Source: a virus. From it: a DNA stretch of 64,000 nt. The notes under the pieces are model-generated. The model was not told the DNA's origin. It saw only the letters and a program-made list of their open reading frames with translations, and did no database searches. Location: the IMG/VR virus record IMGVR_UViG_3300021400_000042. One strand, 5' to 3'. Below, piece by piece: positions 55,349-63,754 of the stretch (positions are counted from its first letter, which is position 1; every line of letters starts with the position of its first letter). Both the position numbers and the translations under genes were made by a program.

Positions 55349-55540
55349 GTGATGAAATGTCCGTACTGTGGGGGCCGTATGGTCATTGAATACTTTGGCA
55401 GCTATGGGAACGTGTACCCGCTGAAAAAGGACGGGGAGCCGGGAAAGAAAAGAATACGGCGGTTCCTGTATGAAGAATCTGGGGATTATCCGTTGATTTA
55501 CTGTCTGGACTGCAGGAGACCGAAGGAGGATGAAGCATGA
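55349..55540 (+). CDS. Zinc-ribbon protein (63 aa)
   Basis: Contains CPYCG...CLDC. Confidence 0.5.
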   Translation: MMKCPYCGGRMVIEYFGSYGNVYPLKKDGEPGKKRIRRFLYEESGDYPLIYCLDCRRPKEDEA

Positions 55541-55737
55541 AAGGTTTACGTCCATGCCCGTTTTGTGGCAGCGAAGTCAAAATAGTGATTCATAGCTATG
55601 GTGTGGCGAGTGTGATTGATTGTGGGAAATGCCATGCCCGGTTTATTTTCCCATGGAGCAAGACAGAAACAACAAACGATTTATGCGAGGTCTGGAATGA
55701 AAGAGTCGGAGAGCCTGAAGTATCAGGCAATAGGTGA
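55537..55737 (+). CDS. Lar-family restriction alleviation protein
   Basis: Contains LRPCPFCGS...CGKCHA...VWNER, the typical Lar pattern. Confidence 0.65.
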   Translation: MKGLRPCPFCGSEVKIVIHSYGVASVIDCGKCHARFIFPWSKTETTNDLCEVWNERVGEPEVSGNR

Positions 55738-56077
55738 AGAGCTGGCAGAGGGGTTAAGAGTTGGGGCATCAAAAACGAAGGATCCTAAATTGGAGCCGTG
55801 CCGATGCGGAAGGCCGGTAGAGGTCAACTATATAGCAGGCCTGGGGCGCGGTGTGATCGAGCATGTAAGCAATCCATTCAAGAGCAGCTATCCGACGTAT
55901 TACATTCACTGTCCCGTGTGCAATCGGAATCTGTGCATCCGGATAACCAGAGGATCCGCAGTGGAGTACAGAGACAGAGCGCGGCGGAAGCTGATACGGA
56001 AATGGAATGCAGTCATGAGGTCGGATATCGATCTGATACCGGCAAATACAAAGAATGTGTGGGAGGTAACGAAGTGA
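55697..56077 (+). CDS. Second Lar-like zinc-ribbon protein (start uncertain)
   Basis: Contains CRCG...CPVC...RKWNAV. Confidence 0.45.
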   Translation: MKESESLKYQAIGEELAEGLRVGASKTKDPKLEPCRCGRPVEVNYIAGLGRGVIEHVSNPFKSSYPTYYIHCPVCNRNLCIRITRGSAVEYRDRARRKLIRKWNAVMRSDIDLIPANTKNVWEVTK

Positions 56078-56191
56078 GCTGGGCGATAAGGTTTTTCTAC
56101 AGGGTAATACCGCTTTGTATCATCATGCAGACGTTCGCAATAATGTGGATGGCGTGGGTAATGACCAGAGTTGCAATGAGGAGGAGAAAGC

Positions 56192-56548
56192 GTGGCAGAA
56201 GAAAAGTCAGTCATCATAATGGGTGAGCTGTGGCGCATCAAAGAGGGGACAGAGGAAGAGTTTCCCGGATTGATCGGGGCGGACGGGTACACCGATTCAA
56301 GTATCAGATCGATTGTGATAGAGGCCACAATCACGCATGATACGGATCCGGCGGCAAAGGCCAATTTGGAAGAGTACAAGAAACAAGTCATCAGACATGA
56401 AATCATTCACGCCTTCCTGTATGAGAGCGGGTTAGAGGGTAACACGAACAAGAGTAAGAATTGGTCGCAGAATGAAGAGATGGTGGACTGGATCGCTATT
56501 CAGTTCCCGAAGATCCTGAAGGTATTCAAATCACTGAACGTGCTGTAG
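56192..56548 (+). CDS. Putative HExxH metallopeptidase-like protein (118 aa)
   Basis: GTG start after a GAGGAGGAG RBS. Motif RHEIIHAF. Confidence 0.5.
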   Translation: MAEEKSVIIMGELWRIKEGTEEEFPGLIGADGYTDSSIRSIVIEATITHDTDPAAKANLEEYKKQVIRHEIIHAFLYESGLEGNTNKSKNWSQNEEMVDWIAIQFPKILKVFKSLNVL

Positions 56549-56559
56549 GAGGTAGAGGA

Positions 56560-56766
56560 ATGTCAGCAAACGTAAATCCGGAAGATAACGAAAGATGGCT
56601 GTCAGATGGTAACTGTACATACTGCAGACGGAAGAAATACTGCAGCAAGGCCTGTACAGCACAGAAGAGGCGGAAAGAGGCAATTATACGGGCTATGGTC
56701 CGCAATATGACCGGCATAGGGCAGCTGAAAAAAGCGGTAGAGGGAAAGCTGAATGAGAGCATCTGA
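56560..56766 (+). CDS. Small basic Cys-containing protein (68 aa)
   Basis: ORF with a GGAGG RBS. Confidence 0.45.
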   Translation: MSANVNPEDNERWLSDGNCTYCRRKKYCSKACTAQKRRKEAIIRAMVRNMTGIGQLKKAVEGKLNESI

Positions 56767-57112
56767 AGAGGTAAAAGCATTCCTGGATTTTATCAGAGAA
56801 GCAGAGCCGCGTTACATGCTTGCCCTGGAAGCGATGAAGACCGAAGAGAAGCGGACGCAGGACTTTCTTCACGCTATCGAGTTTGAACCACATGCAGGGG
56901 AACGAAGCAAGATAGCAACGAAGATGAGGGCAAGCCGGATAGCACGGCGGGAGAATAAGGACATCGTGGAAGAGCTGGAACCTATCATTGACTTTCTGAG
57001 CGTACAGAGCAACAAGAAGGCCATTGACCAGCTCACACAGCTATTAGGCAGGATCCGGAAAGTGGAAAAGTACCACGAGAACCGGTCCTATCATCCGAGG
57101 GTGGAGAGGTGA
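56753..57112 (+). CDS. Hypothetical protein (119 aa)
   Basis: ORF overlaps the upstream gene end. Confidence 0.45.
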   Translation: MRASEEVKAFLDFIREAEPRYMLALEAMKTEEKRTQDFLHAIEFEPHAGERSKIATKMRASRIARRENKDIVEELEPIIDFLSVQSNKKAIDQLTQLLGRIRKVEKYHENRSYHPRVER

Positions 57113-57297
57113 CCATGGACAGGAAGAAATACTACAAGCTGATAACAGACATGCGCGAGGCGGCGCGGCTGGCGCTACACACTGCGGAGGACCGGACATT
57201 GGTCTGTGAGCTGTGCGGCCTGAAGCTGACACAGTGTGCGAATGAGTTTGAAAAGCTGCTGCGGAAACTGGCAGATCAGGAGGATGACGGGAAATGA
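57109..57297 (+). CDS. Hypothetical protein (62 aa)
   Basis: Overlap with the upstream stop. Confidence 0.4.
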   Translation: MTMDRKKYYKLITDMREAARLALHTAEDRTLVCELCGLKLTQCANEFEKLLRKLADQEDDGK

Positions 57298-57473
57298 AAT
57301 CAGCGGGTTGTTCATGTGCGACGATAACAGATCAATGGCATGGTTACGAGTGTGAGGTAACCGGCGGCGCTTGTGTCTTCCTGAGACCAAATAGTAAAGC
57401 GTGTGCAGAGATCTATGGAGAAGGCCCGGACGCATGGCCTGATGATTCAGAAGAAGAAGAAACAGAGGATTGA
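57294..57473 (+). CDS. Cys-rich acidic peptide (59 aa)
   Basis: ATGA overlap with the upstream gene. Below the ORF-track cutoff. Confidence 0.35.
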   Translation: MKSAGCSCATITDQWHGYECEVTGGACVFLRPNSKACAEIYGEGPDAWPDDSEEEETED

Positions 57474-57667
57474 TTATGTGCGTGAGGATCTGTGAGTGTT
57501 CGCGGTGCGGACGGAAAAGGCGGTGCCGGAATTGTAGTTGGATAGGGGCAGCCCTGGCACAGATGACAAAACACGGCGCGGACATCACAGCATCCGTAAT
57601 GTGCAGGACAGGTGACGGTGTGCAATGGTGTCCGGGCTTCATACAAAGGGGAGGTAAGCAGAATTGA
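57470..57667 (+). CDS. Cys-rich basic protein (65 aa)
   Basis: Contains CECSRCGRKRRCRNC. Confidence 0.4.
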   Translation: MIMCVRICECSRCGRKRRCRNCSWIGAALAQMTKHGADITASVMCRTGDGVQWCPGFIQRGGKQN

Positions 57668-58068
57668 CCATCAAAGAGTTATCACAGCTCTATTACCTTA
57701 ACCGGGAAATAGAGGACTGTCAGAAGAAACTGGAAGAACTGGAATCACAGAGAGGTGTCAGCGCGGTCATGATCGATGATATGCCGCACGGTAAGGGACC
57801 GGCGAAAAGCAGGGTTGAACAGCTGGCACTGGAAATTGTGGATCTGAAAGCAATCATACATGCAAAGCAGATCGAATGTATCCATGAGCGGAACCGTTTA
57901 GAACGGTACATAGCAGAGATACCGGATTCATTGACACGTCAGATCTTTGAATACCGTTTTGCAAATTGCCTTCCTTGGCATCAGGTAGCATTGCACATCG
58001 GTGGTGACAATACAGCGGACAGCGTGAGAATGGCCTGTAAGAGATACCTTGAAAAAGTGGCAGGCTGA
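57664..58068 (+). CDS. Sigma-70 region-4-like late regulator (ArpU/RinA/DUF1492-like)
   Basis: TTG start. C-terminal HTH (RQIFEYRFANCLPWHQVALHIG). Positioned upstream of the packaging genes. Confidence 0.55.
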   Translation: MTIKELSQLYYLNREIEDCQKKLEELESQRGVSAVMIDDMPHGKGPAKSRVEQLALEIVDLKAIIHAKQIECIHERNRLERYIAEIPDSLTRQIFEYRFANCLPWHQVALHIGGDNTADSVRMACKRYLEKVAG

Positions 58069-58257
58069 AGGTTGTTCGTTTTGTTCGGTCAGTCTGTGAT
58101 ATGCTTTATCATGGAATTCGTATGATACGGAGTGGGAGTTGCCTCCGCTCCCGGCCGGCAGAGTGTTCTCCGTAACATGCACATAGAATTTCCAACAGGG
58201 CCTCTGGCGCGTGGTAAGCACACGTCAGGGGTCTTTTCAATGGTGGAGGTGAAGAAC

Positions 58258-58878
58258 ATGTCATATAGACAGCAGCGGGACTATGAGAACCTGAATAAAG
58301 CGATATTCGATGGAGTGGGTGAGTATGACATTCCGGTCATCGAACCAGACAGTCCGCAGGTTGATAACTGGATCAGTTTCAACTATGCGAAAGGGTGCGA
58401 GGAACCGGAGATACACGGCATCCACTTTTTCATTGACGATTATCAGTTTGTCCGTGTCTGGAAGCAGCCGGATGTTTACCTGGATATGCTGAGAAAGTTT
58501 CAGGCAGTATGCACGCCTGACTTTTCCACGTATACAGACTTTCCGAAGACGATACAGCTGTATAACCACTATCGGAAGCACTGGTTAGGTGCGTACTGGC
58601 AGATGAACGGGATCCGGGTGATACCTACCATCAGCTGGGCGGATCGGGACAGCTACGAATGGTGTTTTACCGGTGAGCCGGAAGGCTACACGGTCGCGGT
58701 CAGTAGCGTTGGAACGCAGGGCAGTCAGGAGACACGACAGTTATTTCTGGACGGATATCGGGAAATGATGACCAGGCTGCAGCCGCAGAGGATCATCATG
58801 TATGGCAACGTACCGGATGAATGCCAGGGAAATATTATTCCCGTCAAAGCGTTTCAGCAGAAATGGAGGAATGGCTAA
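58258..58878 (+). CDS. DUF4417-like protein
   Basis: ATG at 58258 after a GGAGGTG RBS. Motif HFFIDDYQF. Confidence 0.5.
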   Translation: MSYRQQRDYENLNKAIFDGVGEYDIPVIEPDSPQVDNWISFNYAKGCEEPEIHGIHFFIDDYQFVRVWKQPDVYLDMLRKFQAVCTPDFSTYTDFPKTIQLYNHYRKHWLGAYWQMNGIRVIPTISWADRDSYEWCFTGEPEGYTVAVSSVGTQGSQETRQLFLDGYREMMTRLQPQRIIMYGNVPDECQGNIIPVKAFQQKWRNG

Positions 58879-59492
58879 TGGGCGGTCGTGGGGCAAGTTT
58901 TACCACAGCCAGAGAAATAGTCGGACAGTATGAGTTGACGGATATAACCGACAGTAAATCAAAGATTGTCAGTTTCTTCCGTGACATTGATAAGAACGGC
59001 GGTATTCGAGTTGATGAAGAGGCCGGAAAGATCAAAGTCACGAAGTCAGCAATGCAGAAGGCACGGGATCTGGCAGATGAGCTTTCTGAAAGAATGGTCG
59101 AAAGGGATGAACAATCCCTGAGAGATTACAGAGATATCCGTCAGATAATGAATGGTGAGTATTCGATCAGCGATCAGGACCGCAGTAACATTCCTGATTT
59201 CAATGCTTATGTCCGGTCGAGTGAGAATTTCATAAAGATCCGGCGCAATGGTATGAGCATTGACACAGCATATCAGGAACTTGCGTCCATGTATCCATAT
59301 TACTTTGATGCAGACCGGGTAACCAATCCTGCGGATCAGCTGCAGGACATTAACCGTGTCCTGGCAGATCTGAAGAACAGCACGCGACAGATACCGCGTG
59401 AATACCGGCAGGAAGCGGCGGATGACTTGCGAACTACCATTATCCGGGGTTATATCGCACTGCAGTACAGGAAGGGGCGCAGGACGGCATGA
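58878..59492 (+). CDS. MGGRG-N-terminus protein 1 (204 aa, no recognised domain)
   Basis: TAATG overlap with the upstream gene. Starts MGGRGASF. Confidence 0.55.
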   Translation: MGGRGASFTTAREIVGQYELTDITDSKSKIVSFFRDIDKNGGIRVDEEAGKIKVTKSAMQKARDLADELSERMVERDEQSLRDYRDIRQIMNGEYSISDQDRSNIPDFNAYVRSSENFIKIRRNGMSIDTAYQELASMYPYYFDADRVTNPADQLQDINRVLADLKNSTRQIPREYRQEAADDLRTTIIRGYIALQYRKGRRTA

Positions 59493-59623
59493 CGGAGAAA
59501 AGCAAGACTGATATCAGCAAGGCAGTCGAAACGGTGATGAGAAAATGCGGTGTAACTATTCCTGACAGGATAAAAGAGTATACCGTAGAAGAGGAAGATG
59601 ACAAAACGGTTGAAAAAAGTTGA
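59489..59623 (+). CDS. Small acidic peptide (44 aa)
   Basis: ATGA overlap with the upstream gene. Below the ORF-track cutoff. Confidence 0.35.
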   Translation: MTEKSKTDISKAVETVMRKCGVTIPDRIKEYTVEEEDDKTVEKS

Positions 59624-59646
59624 CTGTTTACACAGGAGGTGCTATC

Positions 59647-60300
59647 ATGGGAGGTAGAGGAAGTGGAAGCGGATTAAAACAAAGCGACGGCCCTCGTGGA
59701 GGTGGCGGCGGTGATACAAAATGGAATCAGCCGAATACGCCACAAATGCGGCCGCCGGCCCCGAATATCAGAGGGGTCATAGGCGCGAAAGGCAAGCCTA
59801 TATCCGCCACACAAGCAGTTAAAAGCATCAATCCTTTCAGAGATGCTGAGTATGGCGATTACAGCGAGAATTGCCAGCGTTGCGTTGTTGCTTTTGAGCT
59901 GAATCGAAGAGGTTACAAAGTAGAGGCAGAAGCGACGTGGGAGAATGATACATACCCGCGTGGAAACCATTGGCTGTCCGCATTTAAAGGCGGAAAGCTG
60001 GAAGATGTTGGCGCTCGTAACACAGCGGCGATCAATAAAAACATTCTTTCAAAAATGGGATCTTGGGGTGAAGGTTCCAGGGCTATTGTCAAAGTACAGT
60101 ATCCCGGAGGCAATTCAGGGCATGTATTCAATGTTGAATACCATCGGGGAAAACTTTATTATTACGACGCTCAAACCGGCGTTTCGTATAAAAACCGAAC
60201 GGTGTTTGACCATGTTGTAAAGGGTAACGTCCAAATCGTTAGAAGCGATAATCTTGATATTGCCGATAATGTTAGGGATATGGTGAGAAAGCGCAGGTAA
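59647..60300 (+). CDS. MGGRG-N-terminus protein 2 with a papain-fold (Tox-PL1/glutamine-deamidase-like) domain
   Basis: Starts MGGRGSGS after an AGGAGG RBS. Candidate catalytic residues: Cys in ENCQRCVVAFEL, His in SGHVFNVEY, and YYYDAQTG. Confidence 0.55.
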   Translation: MGGRGSGSGLKQSDGPRGGGGGDTKWNQPNTPQMRPPAPNIRGVIGAKGKPISATQAVKSINPFRDAEYGDYSENCQRCVVAFELNRRGYKVEAEATWENDTYPRGNHWLSAFKGGKLEDVGARNTAAINKNILSKMGSWGEGSRAIVKVQYPGGNSGHVFNVEYHRGKLYYYDAQTGVSYKNRTVFDHVVKGNVQIVRSDNLDIADNVRDMVRKRR

Positions 60301-60322
60301 GGTAACCAGTTAGGAGGCAAAC

Positions 60323-60553
60323 ATGGGGACTAAAGAAGCTATCGAAAAAGCCAAAAAATTAAATCCAAATTATAACAAGTGTGTTGAGCATTCAAACGCG
60401 TGGGCATTTAGCCGTGACGATGATGAAGAACGCGTCGGAGGGCCGGATGCAGGTATCGTTATCATGAAAGATGACGGGCGCGTGCTTAGAATGTACGAGT
60501 ATTACATGACAGATCTTGGTGAGAGTGAAATCATAAGCGAACAGAAGATCTGA
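60323..60553 (+). CDS. Small acidic protein (76 aa), immunity-position gene
   Basis: Immediately downstream of the toxin-like gene, with an AGGAGG RBS. Confidence 0.45.
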   Translation: MGTKEAIEKAKKLNPNYNKCVEHSNAWAFSRDDDEERVGGPDAGIVIMKDDGRVLRMYEYYMTDLGESEIISEQKI

Positions 60554-60569
60554 CACAGAAAGGCGTAAA

Positions 60570-61154
60570 ATGGGCGGTAGAGGCGGTTCATTCACCAGTG
60601 TTGGTGAAAGCATCGCATACAGAAACGCCTTAAATGCAGCGGAAAACGGGATAAAGCGTGATAGGGTTGAAACAGCTATCCTTCTGGACAAAGACGGGAA
60701 TACCATTTTCACCGAGTCACAGGGCAGTGCTGATTCGGTACAATTCTCACCGGATCAGTTCAATCAAATGAAGGACGGCACGCTCACGCACAATCATCCG
60801 AGTGGATCAACCTTCAGTTGGCAAGATCTTGACTTGCTGGTGCGAAGTGGATTGAAAGAGATCCGCGCCACATCTGCAAACAGGACGTATCGAATGATAG
60901 ACCTTGGAGGATCCTTCTCTGGAAAAGGAAATTTTCCACAGGATTTCTTTAACGCTTATCAGGCCAACAAAGCTGTATGCGATGCGAAATATCAGAAGAT
61001 CGAAAACAATTACAATTCAGGAGCCATATCATACAATGAGTATGCTGACCAGTGTTCAAACCTCAATAAAGAGCTGAACATGATGAACAGTAAATGGTTA
61101 AGGTCAAATGCTCGATTGTATGGATACAGGTATGAAATGATCGGGAGGAACTGA
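60570..61154 (+). CDS. MGGRG-N-terminus protein 3 with a JAB/RadC-like motif
   Basis: Starts MGGRGGSF. Contains THNHPSGSTFSWQDL, resembling HNHPSG...S..D of RadC/JAMM. Confidence 0.5.
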   Translation: MGGRGGSFTSVGESIAYRNALNAAENGIKRDRVETAILLDKDGNTIFTESQGSADSVQFSPDQFNQMKDGTLTHNHPSGSTFSWQDLDLLVRSGLKEIRATSANRTYRMIDLGGSFSGKGNFPQDFFNAYQANKAVCDAKYQKIENNYNSGAISYNEYADQCSNLNKELNMMNSKWLRSNARLYGYRYEMIGRN

Positions 61155-61155
61155 T

Positions 61156-61314
61156 ATGCCTAAAACAAAAGACGGCGGATATTTATTACATGAACCGGAT
61201 GCAGCGGCCGGCCCGTATGCTCCGAAGGCAAAAGAAGAGGAAAAGAAGTCCGGAAAGGGTAAAAAACCCGGAACGGTGAAGAGATCAGGAAACAAGCGAA
61301 CAGGAAAGAAGTAA
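61156..61314 (+). CDS. Small Lys-rich peptide (52 aa)
   Basis: Starts 2 nt after the upstream stop. Below the ORF-track cutoff. Confidence 0.3.
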   Translation: MPKTKDGGYLLHEPDAAAGPYAPKAKEEEKKSGKGKKPGTVKRSGNKRTGKK

Positions 61315-61374
61315 AACCCTCTACCACATACGGCGGAGGGTTTCTTTATGCCCTGAGAAAGTGAGGTATGCCGT

Positions 61375-61902
61375 ATGGCGTTCGCAAAGGGGAATCAGTA
61401 CGGCAAAAAGCCGAAGTATAAGACACCCGAAGAAATACAGGAAAAAATAGATGCATACTTTGAGGAGTGTAAAGGTACACTCCTTGAAGATCATAACGGA
61501 GATCCGATCATTGACAGGTGGGGCAATCCGGTATATCTGGACAGGAAGCCGCCCACGGTCACGGGGCTGGCGCTTGCCCTGGGATTTAAAACGCGCCGCG
61601 CCTTAATGCTCTATCAGGCAAAGAAAGAGTTCATGGACGTGATACTGGAAGCGAAGTCCCGGATAGAGATGTACAACGAAGAACAGCTCTTTTCCCGCGA
61701 CGGGTCCAGAGGCGCACAGTTCTCTCTGCAGCATAACTTCCAGGGGTGGCAGGAAGAGAAGGAAGACGATAAGAAAGGTGCAGCGGTCAATATCATCAAT
61801 GATATTCCGAAGGGGACTGTCACGGTGAACACGGACACGGCGGTGTTCAATGCATTGCAGAAGCCGGAGGATGAAGCTACACAGGATGCCGGCGAAGAGT
61901 AA
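61375..61902 (+). CDS. Terminase small subunit
   Basis: Contains PPTVTGLALALGFKTRRALMLY (HTH typical of gp3/Terminase_4-type TerS). Upstream of TerL. Confidence 0.75.
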   Translation: MAFAKGNQYGKKPKYKTPEEIQEKIDAYFEECKGTLLEDHNGDPIIDRWGNPVYLDRKPPTVTGLALALGFKTRRALMLYQAKKEFMDVILEAKSRIEMYNEEQLFSRDGSRGAQFSLQHNFQGWQEEKEDDKKGAAVNIINDIPKGTVTVNTDTAVFNALQKPEDEATQDAGEE

Positions 61903-63145
61903 CCTTTCCGGGGTTCGTCTCACAGACCTGATAGCCCCGGCGTTCTATCCCGTGTACTGGGACGTAAGAGAGGGGAACCATACATATTACGATCTGTACG
62001 GCGGTCGAGGATCCACAAAATCATCCTTTATCAGTCTGGACCTGGTAATGGGTATCATGGAGGATCCGGCAGCGAATGCAGCTGTCTTCCGTAAAGTGGC
62101 AAGCACTATCGGGACATCTGTATTTGAACAGGTTTTGTGGGCGATCAATGCGTTAGGTGTGGAAGAACTGTGGAAGACCACAACCAATCCATACAAGGCC
62201 ACGTATAAACCGACGGGGCAGGTTATATTATTCCGAGGCCTGGATAAAGCCAAAAAGCTGAAGTCCATCAAAGTATCACGCGGATATCTGAAATATCTGT
62301 GGTTTGAAGAACTTGACGAGTTTTCAGGCGAAGAAGAGATCCGATCTGTACAGCAGTCAGTCCTCCGAGGCGGCCCGAAATACGTTGTATTCAAGTCCTT
62401 CAACCCGCCGATCAGTAAATCAAACTGGGCGAATAAATACGTCCTGAAGCCGCACAGAGGCGCGTACAGGCACAAATCCTGTTATCTGGATGTGCCGCGT
62501 GACTGGTTAGGACAGCAGTTCTTTGATGATGCGGAAGATCTGAAGAACACGAATTATCGTGCCTATCAGCATGAGTACCTGGGGGATGCCGTCGGAACTG
62601 GCGGTGAAGTCTTTGACAACCTGGAAATCAGGGCAATCACTGACGCGGAGATTGCGAGTTTTGCCAATATTTACATGGGTATTGACTGGGGCTGGTTCCC
62701 GGATCCGTACCACTGGGGCAAAATGAACTATGATGCAGCCCGTAGGACCTTATACATCTACGATGAAATGCGGTGCTGGAAGACATCGAATGCAGAGACC
62801 TGGAACCGGCTTGTTATGCAGCACGGCGTAACGAGTCAGGATCTTATCACTGCGGATTCTGCGGAAAAGAAATCTGTCGGAGACTATCGTGATTATGGCT
62901 CTCTGTGCCGGCCGGCAATCAAAGGTCCGGACAGTGTGCGGTATGGTATGAAATGGCTGCAGTCTTTAGTAAAGATTGTCATTGATCCGTACCGATGCCC
63001 GTATACGGCGCAGGAGTTTACAGAGTATGAGTATGAACGGACAGACGATGATGAGATAATCAGCAGCTATCCGGATGCAAATAACCATAGCATTGATATG
63101 ACCAGATATGCTATGGAACGCGTATATAAGCGCAAAGGCCAGTAA
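61886..63145 (+). CDS. Terminase large subunit (PBSX-type)
   Basis: Walker A motif YGGRGSTKS. About 420 aa. The start overlaps the TerS end. Confidence 0.85.
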   Translation: MPAKSNLSGVRLTDLIAPAFYPVYWDVREGNHTYYDLYGGRGSTKSSFISLDLVMGIMEDPAANAAVFRKVASTIGTSVFEQVLWAINALGVEELWKTTTNPYKATYKPTGQVILFRGLDKAKKLKSIKVSRGYLKYLWFEELDEFSGEEEIRSVQQSVLRGGPKYVVFKSFNPPISKSNWANKYVLKPHRGAYRHKSCYLDVPRDWLGQQFFDDAEDLKNTNYRAYQHEYLGDAVGTGGEVFDNLEIRAITDAEIASFANIYMGIDWGWFPDPYHWGKMNYDAARRTLYIYDEMRCWKTSNAETWNRLVMQHGVTSQDLITADSAEKKSVGDYRDYGSLCRPAIKGPDSVRYGMKWLQSLVKIVIDPYRCPYTAQEFTEYEYERTDDDEIISSYPDANNHSIDMTRYAMERVYKRKGQ

Positions 63146-63235
63146 TGAAAAAACAGCCCTGGCAAGGGCTGAGAGGATTGCAGTTGTCATGGAGCAGCTG
63201 CGGGATAGCGGTAGGCGTAGGGGCCGCTATTATTT

Positions 63236-63318
63236 GGGTGAGTGTGCCGAGAGGCGAAGGCAGCGGACTGTAAATCCGTGACAGAGAAACACCGGTGGTT
63301 CGATTCCACCTTCACCCA
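63236..63318 (+). tRNA. tRNA-Tyr (GTA), type II with a long variable arm
   Basis: Acceptor GGGTGAG/TTCACCC, anticodon arm GCGGA-CTGTAAA-TCCGT, T-arm GGTGG-TTCGATT-CCACC. Collinear with E. coli tRNA-Tyr. Confidence 0.8.
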
Positions 63319-63462
63319 CGATGCCCTCCGAGGTCTGCGGACCGGCGGTGAAAGCTCATTCTTTTTGGAGATTATGAGAAAGGCTACACAGTAAAAAGAG
63401 TTTTACTTTTCCCGTCGTTGTGGTAGAATCTTTTTATCACAATATGAGGGAGGCGTTTATAG

Positions 63463-63689
63463 TGGCAAACTATGTAACGATCACGTCAGATAAGAGCAAA
63501 AAGACAGCTTATCTGATTTGCCTCTTTACCGGAATGTTCGGCGGTCATTACTATTACGTCGGGCGAACGATGAGAGGATTACTTGCAACATTCACTTTGA
63601 ATTTTGCATTCATCGGTTGGATTCTGGATCTCCGGAAGATCCGGAAAGGAAAATTCAAAGACAATGTTGGTCAATATTTGAGGCAGTGA
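63463..63689 (+). CDS. TM2-domain membrane protein
   Basis: GTG at 63463 after a GAGGGAGG RBS. Contains FTGMFGGHYYYVGR...GWILD, the TM2 pattern. Confidence 0.6.
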
Positions 63690-63754
63690 TAATCACATCA
63701 AAAGCAGAGCAGAAATGCCCTGCTTTTTTCATGCAGAAAATGAGGTGAGGACGA

